Counted from the first letter of the stretch, positions 1 to 14,600 are shown. The stretch: DNA of 64,000 nt from Azolla caroliniana (GCA_043228905.1 JBHGNT010000009.1:1984001-2048000), one strand, 5' to 3'. Program-made: numbers and translations. The notes: a model not told the origin generated them from the sequence alone.

Positions 1-257
1 AACTTGTACACCCACTTGTTTCGAAGTGCCCGTTTTCCTTTCAGCAACTCCACAAATTCATACGTATGGTTCTCATGCAGGGAATCCATCTCATCCTGCA
101 TGGCACTTAACCATTTGTGGTTGTGGGTGTCATCCTTCGCTTCTTCGAAGCTTTCCGGCTCCCCCTCATCGGTCAGCAGAACATGCTCTGCATCCGGAAA
201 TCTCTGGGGCACCCTTCTCTCTTTGAGGGGATATCTCCGTCTTCGGGCTTCGGTAAC

Positions 258-681
258 TATCACGGTATGGCAAGACTTGAACCCATGACCTTATGCTACA
301 TGGGTCGAGCTCTTACCATTAGACTATGAATTGTAATTTGTAGGATATTATTTTCATTTATGCTTTATCATAGAAAATTGATGTATATTCCAGATCTCTC
401 TAGAACATTCTAGAAGCTTCAGGATTATTCCTAAAAACACTATAGAAGGAGGCACGAGGCATTGTTTTGAACCAAATTGGTTCAACACCAGTCTTAAGCC
501 TCTTAGCCGATTTGTACTTATCTTTCATATAATATAAGAGCTGCTGTCATCATCCTATCTCTCTCTCTCCTCTTCTCACTTCCTCTCTCTCGGGAATCTT
601 ACGCAGTCCCATCCTCTTAGTACTAATAGTACTACTCTTCTTAGTACTAATTCCATCTCTGCTTTAGTACTATTCTTGACA
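258..681 (+). mobile_element. Solo LTR (probably gypsy/chromovirus type) inserted into copia pol
   Basis: Termini TATCAC (decayed TGTCAC)...TTGACA, 5-bp TSD GTAAC at 253-257 and 682-686, TATA-like tract at ~527-537 followed by a CT-rich tract. Confidence 0.9.
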
Positions 682-3065
682 GTAACCGGCTCTTCCATTT
701 GCTCTTCATCTGAATCCGATTCGGGGTCTTGGCCGGTTCCGGTTTCAACTTCCTCCACTTCTTCTTCAGCCTGTTCGGTATCCTCACCGTAACCGGCTAG
801 TCGTTCGAGTGCTAACCGGTCTCTTGCCGGTTGGGTCTGCTCATCGTAGAGTCGATCCTTACCGGTCGACTCGGAGTTCATTATCTTCTTCTCCGACTCC
901 CAGTCGGCGAGCGTCTTGTCCTCCATGAAGATAATATCTTGACTCCGGAATACCTTCTTGTCGACTAGGTCCCACACTCGGTAGCTGAACTCGTCGTCAC
1001 CGTAACCGAGGAATATGCATGGCCGGGTCTTTGGATATAACTTTCCTCTCCGGTCCTTAGCTACATGCACGTACGCGAGACACCCGAACACCTTCAGATG
1101 CCGGTAGGATACTTCCTTACCGGTCCATACTCTTTGTGGTGTGTCTCCGTCCAAGGGTACTGAGGGTGATCTATTTATCACATCTGCCACCGTCGACAAT
1201 GCCTCAGCCCAAAACTTCTTGGGTAGTTTTGCATGTGCTAGCATACTCCGGACCCTCTCCATTATGGTCCGGTTCATCCTCTCGGCCAGTCCGTTTAGTT
1301 CCGGCGTCTTCGGCACGGTAAATTCGAGTCGGATTCCCTTCGAGCGGCAGTACTCCTCGAACTGCCCCCGGTATTCTCCTCCGTTATCTGCTCGAACCGC
1401 CTTCAGCTTCCGGCCGGTTTCTCTTTCCACTCTCGCGTGGAGCTCTTTGAAGATGGATAGCACCTGATCCTTCGTCTTCAACGGCGTGGCCCACAGCTTC
1501 CGGCTGTGGTCATCTATGAACGTCACGAAGTACTGCGCTCCGGCATGTGACTTCGTGTCTACTTGACACACATCCGTATGCACCAACTCCAGTGGTGCAT
1601 CACGTCTCATCGATGGCCTTGGTCGAAAGGAGGTCCGGTTTTGCTTACCGGCCAGACAATCAGTGCACTTCTCCAAGTGCACGTTCTTCACTGGAATGAG
1701 GTTGTCGTCTGCAAGCCTCTTCATCCCCTTCTCGCTCATATGACAGAGCCTCTTGTGCCACAGCTCACCAGCAGTGTCGGATGCCACGTTCACTTCTTCC
1801 GGACATAACCGGGCATTCATCAGGTACAGTGTGTTGACCTTCTGGGCCCGAGCCACAATCAGGCTCCCTTTGCTGAACTTCATGACATCGTTCCGGATGC
1901 TACCCGTGTAGCCTTCATCATCTAGCCGACCGGCTGATATCAGGTTCAGACGAACCTCCGGAACGTGTCGGACATCCTTCAGCAGCAACTTGCATCCGGT
2001 TGGTGTTGTCAGCCACATGTCTCCTATGCCGACAATTCGGCATGTACCTTCATTCCCCATCCGGACACAGCCGTGATCACCGGCTGAGTAGAATGAGAAG
2101 CATTTCCGGTCCGGGGTGAGGTGGAACGACGCTCCGGAGTCTACCACCCAGGTCATCTCGTCGCCGGCAAGGTTTATCTCACTCTCGTCGGTGATGAGCA
2201 TCAACTCTTCTTCACTTGCCGCGATTGCCGTCGTCCCCTTCCGGTCCGTTCCCCTCCGGTCTTTACCGTTCCGGTCCGGTATCCGCTTCGAATCGGTACC
2301 GTCGGTTTCCTTGTCCTTTCGAAAATGCCGACAGTTCTTATGGAAGTGTCCCGGCTTGCCGCAATAGAAGCAAGTAGGTCTCCCCCTTGACTTTGACCGT
2401 GTCCCCAACTTTTCCCGGTTCTGGGGACTACGGTTTCTTTGTCTTCCGCGTTCCGATTCGGTAAGGAGCGCTTTGGAGTCAGAGCTCGTATCTTTATCTT
2501 TCCGACGCACCTCCTCATCTAGCAACCTCGACTTTACTCTTGCTAGGGATAATCGTTTCCCTTCCGGCCCAGCGTTGCCCAAGGTGACAACCAACGTCTC
2601 CCAGCTATCCGGGAGGGAACCGAGCAGGAGTAGCGCTAGTACCTCGTCGGCGAGAGGTACTTCCAATGATGTTGCCTGGTGTATCAGCCCCTGGAAGGCA
2701 TTCATGTGCTCCGCCATGCTAGAGCCATCTTGGTACCGGAGTCTTACTAGCTTCCGGAATACCGAAACCTGATTAACTGCATTTTTGTTTTGAAACATTA
2801 TGTCGATCTTCTCCCAGAGCTCATGAGCCTTGCTCTCTTCATTGAAGTTGTTGTACAGGCTCATGTCGATGAAGCACCGTATGTACGCCGTTGTCTTCAT
2901 GTGCATCACCTCCCATATCGCGGCGTCGATTTTGTCCGGTCTCTTGTCCCCGAACTGAACCAGCAGCCAGAGGTCTTTAACCACGAGCATGTCCCTCATC
3001 TTCAACTTCCACACTGAATAGTTGGAGCCGGTGAGCTTGAACATGCCTCCCAACAAATCGTCCAT
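682..3065 (-). pseudogene. Copia gag-pol polyprotein (gag, Zn knuckle, aspartic protease, GAG-pre-integrase, integrase), interrupted by a solo LTR; the reading continues at 257..1 into RT
   Basis: ORF 576..3137 contains CFYCGKPGHFHKNC, DSGAS, LWHKRLCH, VHTDVC, RADNGGEY and LNGLAERMNRT. The ORF tail after ...EEPVT reads into the inserted LTR. Confidence 0.93.
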
Positions 3066-3080
3066 TTTCTGTGTCGTTTT

Positions 3081-3092
3081 GCTCTGATACCA
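3081..3092 (-). other. Primer-binding site, tRNA-iMet
   Basis: TGGTATCAGAGC on the - strand, 2 nt after the LTR's CA end. Confidence 0.95.
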
Positions 3093-3094
3093 CT

Positions 3095-3724
3095 TGATAA
3101 GAACTGCACGCTCCGTATACGCAACGCTCGGCCACAACCGAGCTTAGGATCATACACAGAAAAGAAACGGGAGATAAATGCACGACACAGAAACGAGAAG
3201 AGTACACAGGATGTTTACGTGGAAAAAACCACGGCAGCCCACAGGCTGCAAACTATCACTATGTTAGAATGTACAACAGTGAGTTCACGAAGGCAACGAC
3301 CTCGTGCTCACGATCTTCGCCACAGGCGGCGGTTTCAACAGAGGCAACGACCTCGTTCTCACTCTCTCTCTCTCTCTCTGTACACAGTTCCACTAAAAGT
3401 TTGCCCTAAGTCATATTTATACTAATATTACTTTTCGGCTATTTACAAATATAGCCATGATGGACTCTCAGAAACATATTTACAAATATGTCTCTTCATC
3501 CAGTGAGCACTCCTCATCAGGTCTGCACCATCCGGCTCTTTGTAGCCGGGTACTCTTCATCTGGTTCTCACCGGGCCTGCACCATCCGGCTCTCCGTAGC
3601 CGGGTACTCCTCATCCGGTTCTCACCGGGTCTGCACCATCCGGCTCTCTGAAGCCGGGTACTCCTCATCCGGTTCCGGGCACTGTTCTTCTCCCTTCCCA
3701 TCCGGAGGGACCTTTCTTCCAACA
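3095..3724 (-). repeat. Copia 5' LTR (630 bp) with ~3.5 copies of a 54-bp tandem repeat in U3 (~3510-3678)
   Basis: TG...CA termini adjacent to the PBS; repeated unit ctcctcatccggttctcaccgggtctgcaccatccggctctccgtagccgggta. Confidence 0.88.
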
Positions 3725-6118
3725 TGTTTACCTAGCCATAAGATCCTCACTATTTTGTGGATACTTGTGGTTCATATGTATTGCCATGTCATTTTAATAT
3801 TGATCCACTACATTTTATGAAAACAAAAAAAAGAGAACATTGGATTTGAAAGTGATTCTCACACTTGCAAACGTGTTCATGCAAAATATGCTTTGTTGTT
3901 TAGTTTTGTCACTAACCCATCTCTAATCATTGTTGCAAGTGCTTGCGGCTTCTTTTATATGGTTGTTTTTTGGACGTATTTATCATTCGAATGCAATACA
4001 CACATACCATTTGTTTGGTGGAGATGAGAATAAAAGGGGAATCATAGAATACATTCTCTTTTGATCCTCAATCTTTTAATTTGGTGATGTCTACTTGATA
4101 TATTTCCTATTGATATATTGTTACATATCTTCATCTATTGTGGACTTGTCCCCATACATTTCTTGCGACAAGTTACCTAAGGCCTACCATTATAATTCCT
4201 TGCTCGTCAATTCTAAAGGTTCCTCTAGGTTTTTGGCTTTTTAGCTATGAACCTTCAACCCTTAGTCGTCTTTCTTACATGAATCTAATCCTAGGCACTA
4301 TGGAAAGGTTGGATTATTCTCAATCATCATATTTTTTGCAATCACTTTCTTATTCATATCAAGTTATTCAGTTTTCTCTCGTGTAATTGCACTAAGGTTT
4401 GTATGTCTCCCATGAATTTGATGTTTACATATTTGCTTTCATTTTATCTTATTTGTCATCAATATTTGTATTGAATTGTCACCCCACTTTGAGGTTTCCT
4501 AGGACAAACTTCCACGAATTGGAAACATAGTGTCTGTCTTATGTGAACAAAAGTATATTAATAAGAATAACTAAATTATAAATGTGTTTAGATAAATTTG
4601 GAACAATTTTCATTCGTGTCACATTTCTTTCATTTTTCTACATATAGCATACAGTCATATAATATATTATCAAAATTATATTTAATAGGTATAAGTTATA
4701 ACCATAGGGACCACTTGTAAAGGCTAATTACAATGGTTTAATGTTAGGGTAAGTGAGTATGGTTGCATCTTGAGAAATGTCACCTACAATTTATATAACC
4801 AAACCAGTTCTTTAGTAAGTGGTTTGATGTTAGGGTAACTGAGCATCCTTACATCTCGAGAAATATAACCTACAATTTGTATAAGCAAACCAATTCTTTA
4901 GTAAGGACCAATGAATATGTAAAACACTCCTTGACAATTTCAAGGAAAACGTCTTCCTTAGGTAATCTTTCAACTTTAGATTATACTTTTGTCAGTTTGT
5001 GGTGATAGTGTTGCGCAAATGTGGATAAATGATATGTGCATTAGTCTCCTTTGTGTACAGCTATATTTTATATGAATATAATTTTAAATGACCAATGTAC
5101 AATTTATAAGCTTGCATTGAATATCTTTACATATCTAAATTCATGCTTTTACCCCACATGTAGTTGTTGGGTGTTTGTGTGATGCATGTGGATGATTACA
5201 CATATCCATGTTCATATTTTTACACAATGATATGCTAAACAATAGATTGAAGTATTTTTTGACACCTACCACGCAACTCCAAATCCTCTTTAACTATTCA
5301 AATGATATTCCAATAATCTAGTTGTGGACCACATTTCAAGAAAAAGTAGAAAGAACATGAAAGCAAAGTCTTGAATGATTATGCATGAAATTGAGTAGCC
5401 CTAACTATCATAGACCAATGCATAGACCATTCATTATGATTAGATAGTATTTAGATGATCTAAAATTGAATAAGTAGAAAATTAAAATGTTTAAACATTG
5501 TTATTATCAATTGTGACTTTTGAAATACTTTTGTATGAGAGAAAACATTGTTATATCAATTGTGACAAATCTCTAACACCAAATCAACGTACAAATCCAT
5601 GGCATGATGTTAATTGAATGTTTTACATCGTTTTAACTTGATATTAACGACATGTCTTTCTTGGATTGAATCCAAATACATGTCATGATTTTACAAACTT
5701 TGATTTGAGAACAAATTGATTTATGGTGCTAACTTTTGAATGGGAAACACATAAGTCTAAATAAATTATTATGTTCTTATCAACTAAGTCTATGTCAATT
5801 AAGTTGATGTGACATCATATTATATTAGAATAGTTAATCTTTAACTCATATATTGAGCATGATATTTTTTACATCCAAATCTTTACATTATGGCTTTGAT
5901 TATGACTTCTTTCTATATATTTCATATCTAGAATTAGTTTCCATTGATGTGTTTTTTGTTTTATTGTAAAGATCTCGAGTTGAATGATGGCATGATTATG
6001 TGCATATCATTGGCTCATTTAGTACAAGGCCTCAATCTTTTGATTTGTACTCATGAGTCATAACGTCGTCACGTGTGCAAGATAGAAGACAATAGGGTAG
6101 TTTGCGAACAAATTTATC

Positions 6119-8640
6119 TCACCACATTGGATATGACATGGTGTCATAAGCGTTAGTTGAAAACATGTCCCAACCATCTATAGTTCTTGAGAGTGAATGA
6201 GAGTTTACTTCTTCAGCAAATTCCTTTGTGTTCGTATTAGTGATATGGTCATTCATAAAAACATCACCAATTAATGAGCATGATTCAAGATGAGCACCTT
6301 GCACATGGTCTCTTTGCGATTTTGCCGCATCCCAATTCGGGTCTTGATTAATGAGATTATCTGACATTGGATATTGAAGAAGGTCATGATTGTGTGTGGC
6401 ATCCTCTACAACAACTCCTTGGATCATGTCAATAATATTACCAATTGGTTCGGTGGTCGTCTTAGGAATGACAAAAGGGAATGATGAAGTGAGACAAAAT
6501 GTGCTTGCTTTTGGTGTACTTGTGTTTGGTTGCAAGTCTACACACCCATTTTTAGCTTCATCAATCAAACCTTGAGATTGTGAAGCTAGTTCCTTAGCAT
6601 TCTCAAGAATCAATTGCAAATATCGACCTTGTGCCTCCATATGCATATGCAACCGCCTCTTGGCTTGTAACTATTAAACATAATAGAGGGGAAACATTTG
6701 GTGTAACTAAAACATAGTGTTGGAAACATCAAAGTAAATTTTACCTCTATTTGTTCTTGTAGCTTTTTTTGGACCTCCATTTGGTGTTGCAAAGCGTCTA
6801 TTATTTCAATAGATCTACAAATGTGTTCACATTAATAACATAGATCATGATGGGTTTATTACATGCATAAGAAAAATTATATGACGTCTTGTTTACACTT
6901 TTATGAAAAGTGAGATTTACTAGTGACATCAAACTATAGAATCCTCATATGCAGGGAAATGTCACATAGTGTGTACACAGATATCCTTAGTGTATCACAT
7001 TTTTTACTCACTCTTTTTGAACATTTGAGGTTGGCAAAACCGTTGGTAATGGTGGTTCATCTGAAAAGTAACAAAATTGTCACTACAAGAAACTAATTGC
7101 CAAAGGTTGGAATGGGTTAGAAGAACTTAGAACTTACATTCTCTGCATCCATTAATTGCAATGGCATCTCGTTGAGGTTGCTTTCCAAGTCTATATTTCT
7201 ATGACACCACATCTCAAATTCAGTATGAAATGTATGAACAATGAGATTCAAGTTCCACTATATATAATTAAATGTTGATCCCAAACTCTAAATTAGTATA
7301 TTTTACAACAAAAGGTACCTGTAAATGGCTTTTTAAATGATATAGAGTCAATCCTTTTACATTCATGACCTTCAACAAGGACTTTGGAGTTGCTTCTATG
7401 AACAAAAGTTTAGTGTTCTACATTAGAAGAATGTTTTGACAAAAAAACTATAGATGTTACACAATTTAAAAAGAAAATTAAATGGTAAATGTAGTCCTTT
7501 TATATGTATTGCCCATTGAGACATGATGAAATCCTATTCAATATCATGTAACCTTTAAGGCATGCGTATATGTACATATATGACCCTTTCAACATTGCCT
7601 ACATGTAGGCAAGTATGAGAATTAACACTTACATCTCTTAAATAAGGGATTAAACCCATCCAAATATTTCATAAAATGCACATGATTTTGGAGTGTATGA
7701 AGCCTATAGAAACTAAATCAAAGTCTGTAATCATTAGAGAAAGACTATACAAGGTGGCTTATGCATAAATCGAGGATTTAGCCTCTGACCGAGTTCAAGA
7801 ATGTAAGACTATCTACACATCCTTTCAAACCTACTACTTAATGTAAGTAGGTACCTATAGCTATAAACTAGTGCCCTTCATCACCGGCCAGTACGAGCTG
7901 CATCCTGTGGTCTACACGAAGGGAGAGTGGGAGGTCAAAGGGAGGATGGGATGTTACAAGTGAGTAGGAAACAACCAATGTGGAGGTTGGTGGTTCTACC
8001 CCTCGTAGGCAGTTGATAATCGCTCCAAACTAATGGGAAAGTAGCTTCTTTTTGGGAAATAAAACAAAGTTTGTAATTGACTCTTCTATCATTCAAAGAA
8101 GATGACATTGATGTAATCGTCACAAATGTTGTATTCTCGTTGTCTTGCTTGCTTGGATAGTTGAGTGGTGATATAAGTCAATAGTTATTTGATCACTAGA
8201 TGTCACATGTTATTATCTAATTCATCTTCCTTGGACTTAATTGTATGGAAATCATAAATGTACTCCTATATTTTACCAACATGAGGAAACTTGCACCATA
8301 ATTATTGTGGCATTATATGAATGCATGTTTTATGCACTTATTAATTGCAATTGCATATAATACGAAACAAATGGATTAGTAAAAGCAAACATAACTTACT
8401 ATCGGGACCACCTAGTTGTGTTATTGCATCTACAAATCTATCATGGAGTTCCGGAGTCCATCGGAGACGAGGCTTTGGATCTGTAGAGGCCGTTATACAA
8501 AGATCACCTCCTAGAATATTTGTACATGGTGATGAGGCATGTTTTTTATTTTGATTTTCAATATTGTTGCTTGGGCATCCATCTAATGGCATTCCCATGG
8601 AAAAGTTTTCATGATGATGTTCGTGCATCTGGCAATGCAT
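6119..8640 (-). CDS. GARP/G2-like MYB-CC transcription factor (PHR1-like/PHL/APL family). Exons 8640-8400, 7395-7319, 7198-7138, 7060-7012, 6814-6745, 6658-6119
   Basis: [29 protein letters not shown]|[26 protein letters not shown]|[11 protein letters not shown] domain and [17 protein letters not shown]|[21 protein letters not shown] coiled coil. GT-AG introns give a continuous frame, with the 77-nt and 70-nt exons typical of the family. Confidence 0.92.
7735..7945. repeat. Interspersed repeat (intronic copy); a second diverged copy lies at ~10450-10660
   Basis: Shared blocks agactatacaaggtggctta...gagttcaaga...actacttaatgtaagta.gtaccta...gtgccct...agtacgag in both places. Confidence 0.65.
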
Positions 8641-11600
8641 TGATTAAGACTTGTTAAGTCACTAAATATCACTAGTATTCAAAAGTTAGTTGGATGGTAG
8701 TTATAAATAGCCATAATTCTTTATTTTGGATCATACAATAGATTTCACAATTAAGTGGTTTACATAACGAACAAGCATAAACTTATGATGAAATAAACTT
8801 AATTGGAAAATTAGAACTTTGCTATCAAAAGACCCCTTATGTTTGTGCAAATCAGTAGACTTGTAGAAGTTCTTGCTAATAAGGTTGAGTTAATGTGAAT
8901 AATATCAAAAGTCCCTTTCAATTGAGACTTCACAGGTAAAACTTGGTAAAAATAATGTAAAACATCGGATGAAAAATCTATTTAAAGCATTTAAAATTAC
9001 TTTTTGAAGCAACAATTAACACATGAGCTTAAGATACACATTAACTTTATCCACATCAATTAGAAAACAACAAAGCTATGACCTTGCTAAGGGCTTTTGT
9101 GGAATTTTATTGGGCAACGATGTTGTGTAAAATCTTGACGAAGCTTGAAGAAGCCGTATGTTTACTCCATTTAAATCATGTGATTGTCTCTCAAGAAGGT
9201 GGCATAATGAATGTATTGATTGTGATATTCAATACACATACCACCACTCCATTAATTACTGTAAATCATATCAAAATCTTTACCCTTGTGCCACCAAAAA
9301 ACTTTGCTCTCTTATTTGCCCTTGCCCAATTGTGTCCTCTAAATGGATGAAAGGGAGATAATTATCATAACTACTGAATGGTTTTATGCAGCTTTATTAA
9401 CACAATAAAAAACATTCGTTAAAACTCAATCCTAAATGATTGAGTCAATGGCTTCTTTACAACACAAAAGCAAAACAATTGTTGGACTTGGGCCCCTTTG
9501 AAAGTTCAACCATTTGTGCCAAACATTGGATGGTTAGCTTTTTCTAACAAGTTTGTCTCCAAGGACCACTCAAAAGAATTAGAAGGATAATGATATTATT
9601 GAAAATGACATTTGTGTCATGCATGCGTGCACCCTTCCTTGTGTAACACTCCCTCATATACGCCTACCACATATCCATCAAATGTCTACAATGTAGCCAA
9701 CTCGTCAAATTCTCTCTACAATTTTATATTGTTTGTTTGGTTCCCCATCAAAACCCATATTAAACAAACGGAGGAAATTCTCTACCTTAAGTGTCATGTC
9801 ATCTTTATATATTATGTTTTTTGTGACATCACCTAACATCAAAACCTACAAAAGATTCAATTTCAACCACCTATAGTAATCTCCTGTTTTGTAGGTATGT
9901 TCCCATTATAGTTTGACATTTAAACATATGTTCATGATTATCTGCACTTCAATGTATTTATCATATATTAGAAGGGTAACACGAATTGACGCTAACGGTT
10001 AGAATCCCATGATAGTTTGACATTTAAACATATGTTCATGATTATGTGCACTTCAATGTATTTATCATATATTAGAAGGGTAACACAAATTGACGCCAAC
10101 AGTTATAATTTAGAAAAGGGGCTCATTACCAAAAGGTACATCTTTTATGTATAGCCTTAGGGCATTTCTTAATACTAATGCAGTATCGTTTTTTGAAAAA
10201 ACAAGTGTCTTAGAGAAAGAGACGGCCTAGGGCACTATAGCCTAATTAGTTAGAAGTTAGGAGGGATGATAACCCAAGTTCCCAAATTCTAATCAAAAGT
10301 TGACTACAATGGTTGGTGTCAAAACTTAAAAGGTTTTTCTCTACATTGGATTTCAACTAAGTAAAAAAAAAAGAGGGCTATTGCTAGGGATTTTTATTAT
10401 TTTTATTATTTTTTCCAAAATGGAGCTACTTTCCCATTACTTAAGTAAGATTATTACAAAGAGACTGTACAAGGAGGCTTAAGCATAGATCGGGGAATCC
10501 CCCTCCGATCAAGTTCTAGAAATTGAGACTAGTTATATCGCCTTTCGGAGGGACTACTTAGTTTAAGTACCTACAACTAAAATAGTGCCCTGTAGTGATG
10601 GCTAGTACGAGACAACTCTTGGGGTCGACAATAGAGTGAGGGTGGTAAGTGAGCCGAAAACAGCCAGCGTGGGGTTGGTAGTTCCACCTCGGGCCACTTC
10701 CTCCTTGTGTCACTATAGGCATGTTCCGCCATTTCTGCCAAAAGTGCAAACAGGTAGTATCCACATCAGAGGAATGGCTATTGCTAGGGACTTGTCGTAG
10801 AGGTTGTTAGTTGTGTGGAATTTCAACATATGGGTTGAAATGTTTTCCTTGAAGTGGTGTTATCCTTGCCTTATTGGCGCTTCTGTGCGCACAACCTACA
10901 TAGTCATGACTCTAAAATTGGGTGTAGTAATGCTATTTTGTTTTCGCATGCAATTAATATAGTTGAGCGTTTTCATACATGCACACACAAATGAAAGGTA
11001 ACAAATCAAATAAGATGTGGTCCTAAATGGAATCTTATGTAAATGTGACGGATCCACATATGGATCATGGATACAATGATAATGTTTGTGTCTTTGTGCG
11101 TTAATATTTTTATACATTTGAATGTCTTCATGATTTTATCCGTATCGATTTACTATTGATTGGTGTATGGTACATGTGAGTGACAAAGGTTATGTTCCAC
11201 ACAATTTTACATCAAGGATAGGTTGGAGATTTCAACAAACAACCATGCATTTCCACCTCTTCAGGTTTTCATTTCTAAACCATAATCTAGGTTTTGAGTC
11301 ACATAACGAGGGAAAGTATAGACACATAGAGATATTGGCCCTTATATTAAGTCTCTTAAATAACCACTATTCTTATTTAAATACATATAATGTTTATGTT
11401 TATGGTATTTGAATAAAATGCGATAAAAAGATAAAGTATTTCATAACATGGTCATTAGAAGATAGTTAAATATGTGAAGTTCGAATATTAAAGAGCACAA
11501 TTACATGCTATCGATCATTCTCTCCTCACAAAAATAAATTAGCCTATTCTATCTCATGACACAAATCAATGAAATGCAAAATATATCTTCTTCTTTTTTT

Positions 11601-14600
11601 CCAAAAAGTGAAATGTATCTTATGTTATTATGTTAGTGTAGAGAACTTGTAGCTTTTCAACTTTAATTTGAGGTATGTCAAAGTTCTACTTACTAGCAAT
11701 ATAGTAATGATTTATATAGTTTTCTAATGCCATATGGTTTTAGACCAACTTGTATGACATGATTTATTGCTAGTACTAGTTTAGTTGATGCTTTTTGATA
11801 ATGATAACAAAATATTTGGAAGTTAACCATCTCAATGTGTATTTGAAATTAATGTAGCATACACAAGGAAATATAACATTCTATTTGGCTAATGATCATT
11901 AGGCCTGTAATCAATGTGTACAAGAATAGTCAATTATTAACATAAAGGCTTCATGTTAACCAATTCCAAGGAAGAGCACAATCATAAAAAACTTAGAACA
12001 ATTTGAGAGTTTGATCATGTGTCATAAATAACAAATGCAGGCATGCTATAGGAAGGTGTCAATTTATGATAGGGTGATCACTTAAGGTATAAAATACCAC
12101 CATTAGTACCTTTGTTCTGTTTGTGATCTAAGGGGATATTACATAGCAGAACAACTTTGAATCGCGAATGCACACTCATAGTACTCGACAGATATACACT
12201 CATTTTGAAGAAAATTATATATTGGGACCTTAATTTCATGAACCTCACCATTATAATACTCCTGCCCCCTTTCCTCCCTTTTAGGGTAGGCATATTTATT
12301 CTCCAATTTGTGTCATATATGTATTGGATTATTTTTTCCACGTTAATACATTATTTCACTCTACGTATTGTTTTCTTTATAACATCATTCATGCCTCGGT
12401 AGTTTACAAGTGTTGGAATGAAAACCCGTTAGCCTCTGCAACCATCAAGTTTGCCATCAATCTCCTCGGTAATGAGCCCTCAACAATTCCAACACTTGTA
12501 AAATTCATCAAATGCATCAGGAATGTATGGATGAGGTAGGAGAAATAAGTATTGGAAAGGTTGTAAGCCCCTTGAAAGAGCAAGATAAGTCATTAGTGAC
12601 AACCCAACATATTAAGGGGATAGCAAAAATGAAAAGGCACATGCATGCTAGAAAAGAGGAAGAGAATGGGATGGAGAAAAATAAAGGTATGCGTAAATGG
12701 TCAATAGTGAAATGGAATCCTCAATACAAAGCGACCCCCCTATCGAATACTGGGCAACAAAGCAAATTGAAACTGACAGGCAAAATGTGGTTCAAGGAAA
12801 TGTGTGGAATTGAGATGAAGAAGGACAACATGTGTAGAATCAATATCTATAGTAATTTGATGACGAGGGTCAGATCGTTGGATTGTCCTATATGTTGGTC
12901 GTTGGAAATAAGGAGCCCCACAATAGAGAAGAAGCACTTGGATGGTTGGAACAACAAATGGGTTCTCATGTAAATTCAACATATGGTACTCCGATAGGTG
13001 TGAAAATGAAAAGACAAAGGAAAGATGCCATGATATGGAGCTCGGGCAAGGTGAATGAGCAAGGCATATGCTATATAAATGTGAAATTTAGGAAACTTCC
13101 TAAAATGATCACAGAATTCATGGTATGCCACCTTGAAATGGTGACATTAGAAGAGGATAATCTCAAAGATATGATCTTAGCGAACCTAGTGGAAGCTGAA
13201 AATGCATTGGTTGGTCCACTAAAGATGCACAGTATATGTTGAAATGAATCTTAGCTTGTTAACATGGAATATACAAGGAATTGGTGGCACCCAATTCCAC
13301 ATGAAGAAGAATGTAGTAGCTGCTGAAATTCACCGATGCATTGAGGCAATAGTGTCGGATGTTATCATGATGCAAGAGCACCATCTAGATGGGGATAAGA
13401 TCGACAAAATTGGAAACATTTGCCCTGGGAGTTGGACCAATACATGGTCGGTAGCTACGGGGGATAGATAGATTCATGGGGGAGTACTTATAGCAATGAA
13501 ACCTAAGTATAATGCAACATTCATAGGCAGAGGATAAAACACAAATATGGGCATTTGGGCATACAGAACATATATGCCCCAAATTCAACTACCGAAAGAA
13601 AGGACTTTTGGTTGGAACTAGTAGACAAGAAACCAGATGTAGAGTTGTGGATCATTGGAGGAGATTTTAATATGGTGGGGAAACAAGAAGATAGAAGTGG
13701 AATGCAAATGGCACGGTGGAAGGGGCGGAAAAAGATGCATGGGATAAGTTTTGTTTAGCATATAATGTGATAAACTGTTGGAATGCACCTAACTTTCAGA
13801 TGCAAAAAGAAAAATCTCTTCTATACTCTAGAGTAGCAGGAAGCATGCATGCGAGGACAATGTCCAAGCTTGAGAGATGGTATTTGGACCCTCGGCTCAT
13901 TGATAGGAAAGGCAAATACATAATTTGTCCTGGAACAATGTTCTCAGACCATGCATCGGTGTTGTTGCATATAAAAGAAAACAATCGATGCAAGCCACAT
14001 AATGTGAAGGTGAGCAAGGAGTTGGTTATGGACAATAAATGGACTAATGATATAAGAAGACTATGGTCTTAAATTCAAATGGATGTATCATGATCCCGCT
14101 CATAGGCTAGTTGGAAAATTTGAGGAATGTGCAGGTTTCTTTCGGATGAAAGCAATTGAAATTAGAAAAGAGATGAAGGAGAAACTACATAGAATGCAAT
14201 GGACACTTGCTTCTATGCATTGACTAAGAGAACAATACCCGAATAATGTATGGATTGAGGCCCGAATAGAGGAGGCAAAATGCAAACTGGATATGTATCA
14301 GAAACTAAGGACTACCAAATCAAAGTAAAACAGCAAGCTGGATGAGGGTAGGAGACCGTGTTACGAAATATTTTTTTGAAGCTATAAAATGTAGAGGCTT
14401 CGGGACTCAACCTTCATGGGAATTAAATAAATCATTCTAGGGGACATTATACATACAACACAAATTGGCTTCCTAGAAAACCGGAGCATTGTTGACAATG
14501 TGATAACTTTCTGGGAGTATTCAGCATGGGCGTAGGAGCCAGAAGTGGACCTGGCAGTAATGTTACTCGACTTCGAAAAAGCATATGATAGGATCTCATG

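Larger units (their letters stand above)
1..3724 (-). mobile_element. Ty1/copia LTR retrotransposon (5' LTR, PBS, gag-PR-INT, start of RT); continues beyond the left window edge
   Basis: 5' LTR 3095-3724 (TGTTGG...TCA on -), tRNA-iMet PBS, and copia domain order: gag with CCHC knuckle, WVVDSGAS protease, integrase, then RT-proximal EPESFEEA...AMQDEMDSL...KWVYK at 1-257. Confidence 0.96.

Noticed and set aside
576-681. Novel C-terminus of an RT-less copia ORF
   Set aside because: This is read-through into an inserted solo LTR; the RT-proximal coding sequence resumes at 257 after the GTAAC TSD.
3457-3820. Short repetitive ORFs as genes
   Set aside because: They are by-products of the 54-bp tandem repeat in the copia LTR.
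4720-4900. Local tandem duplications (also ~9905-10105, ~16355-16460, ~58160-58500)
   Set aside because: Ordinary two-copy duplications with no evident function.
8700-12400. Small ORFs in AT-rich intergenic DNA (also 27-30.8 kb and 59.7-61 kb)
   Set aside because: No recognisable motifs or splice-consistent structure; expected by chance.
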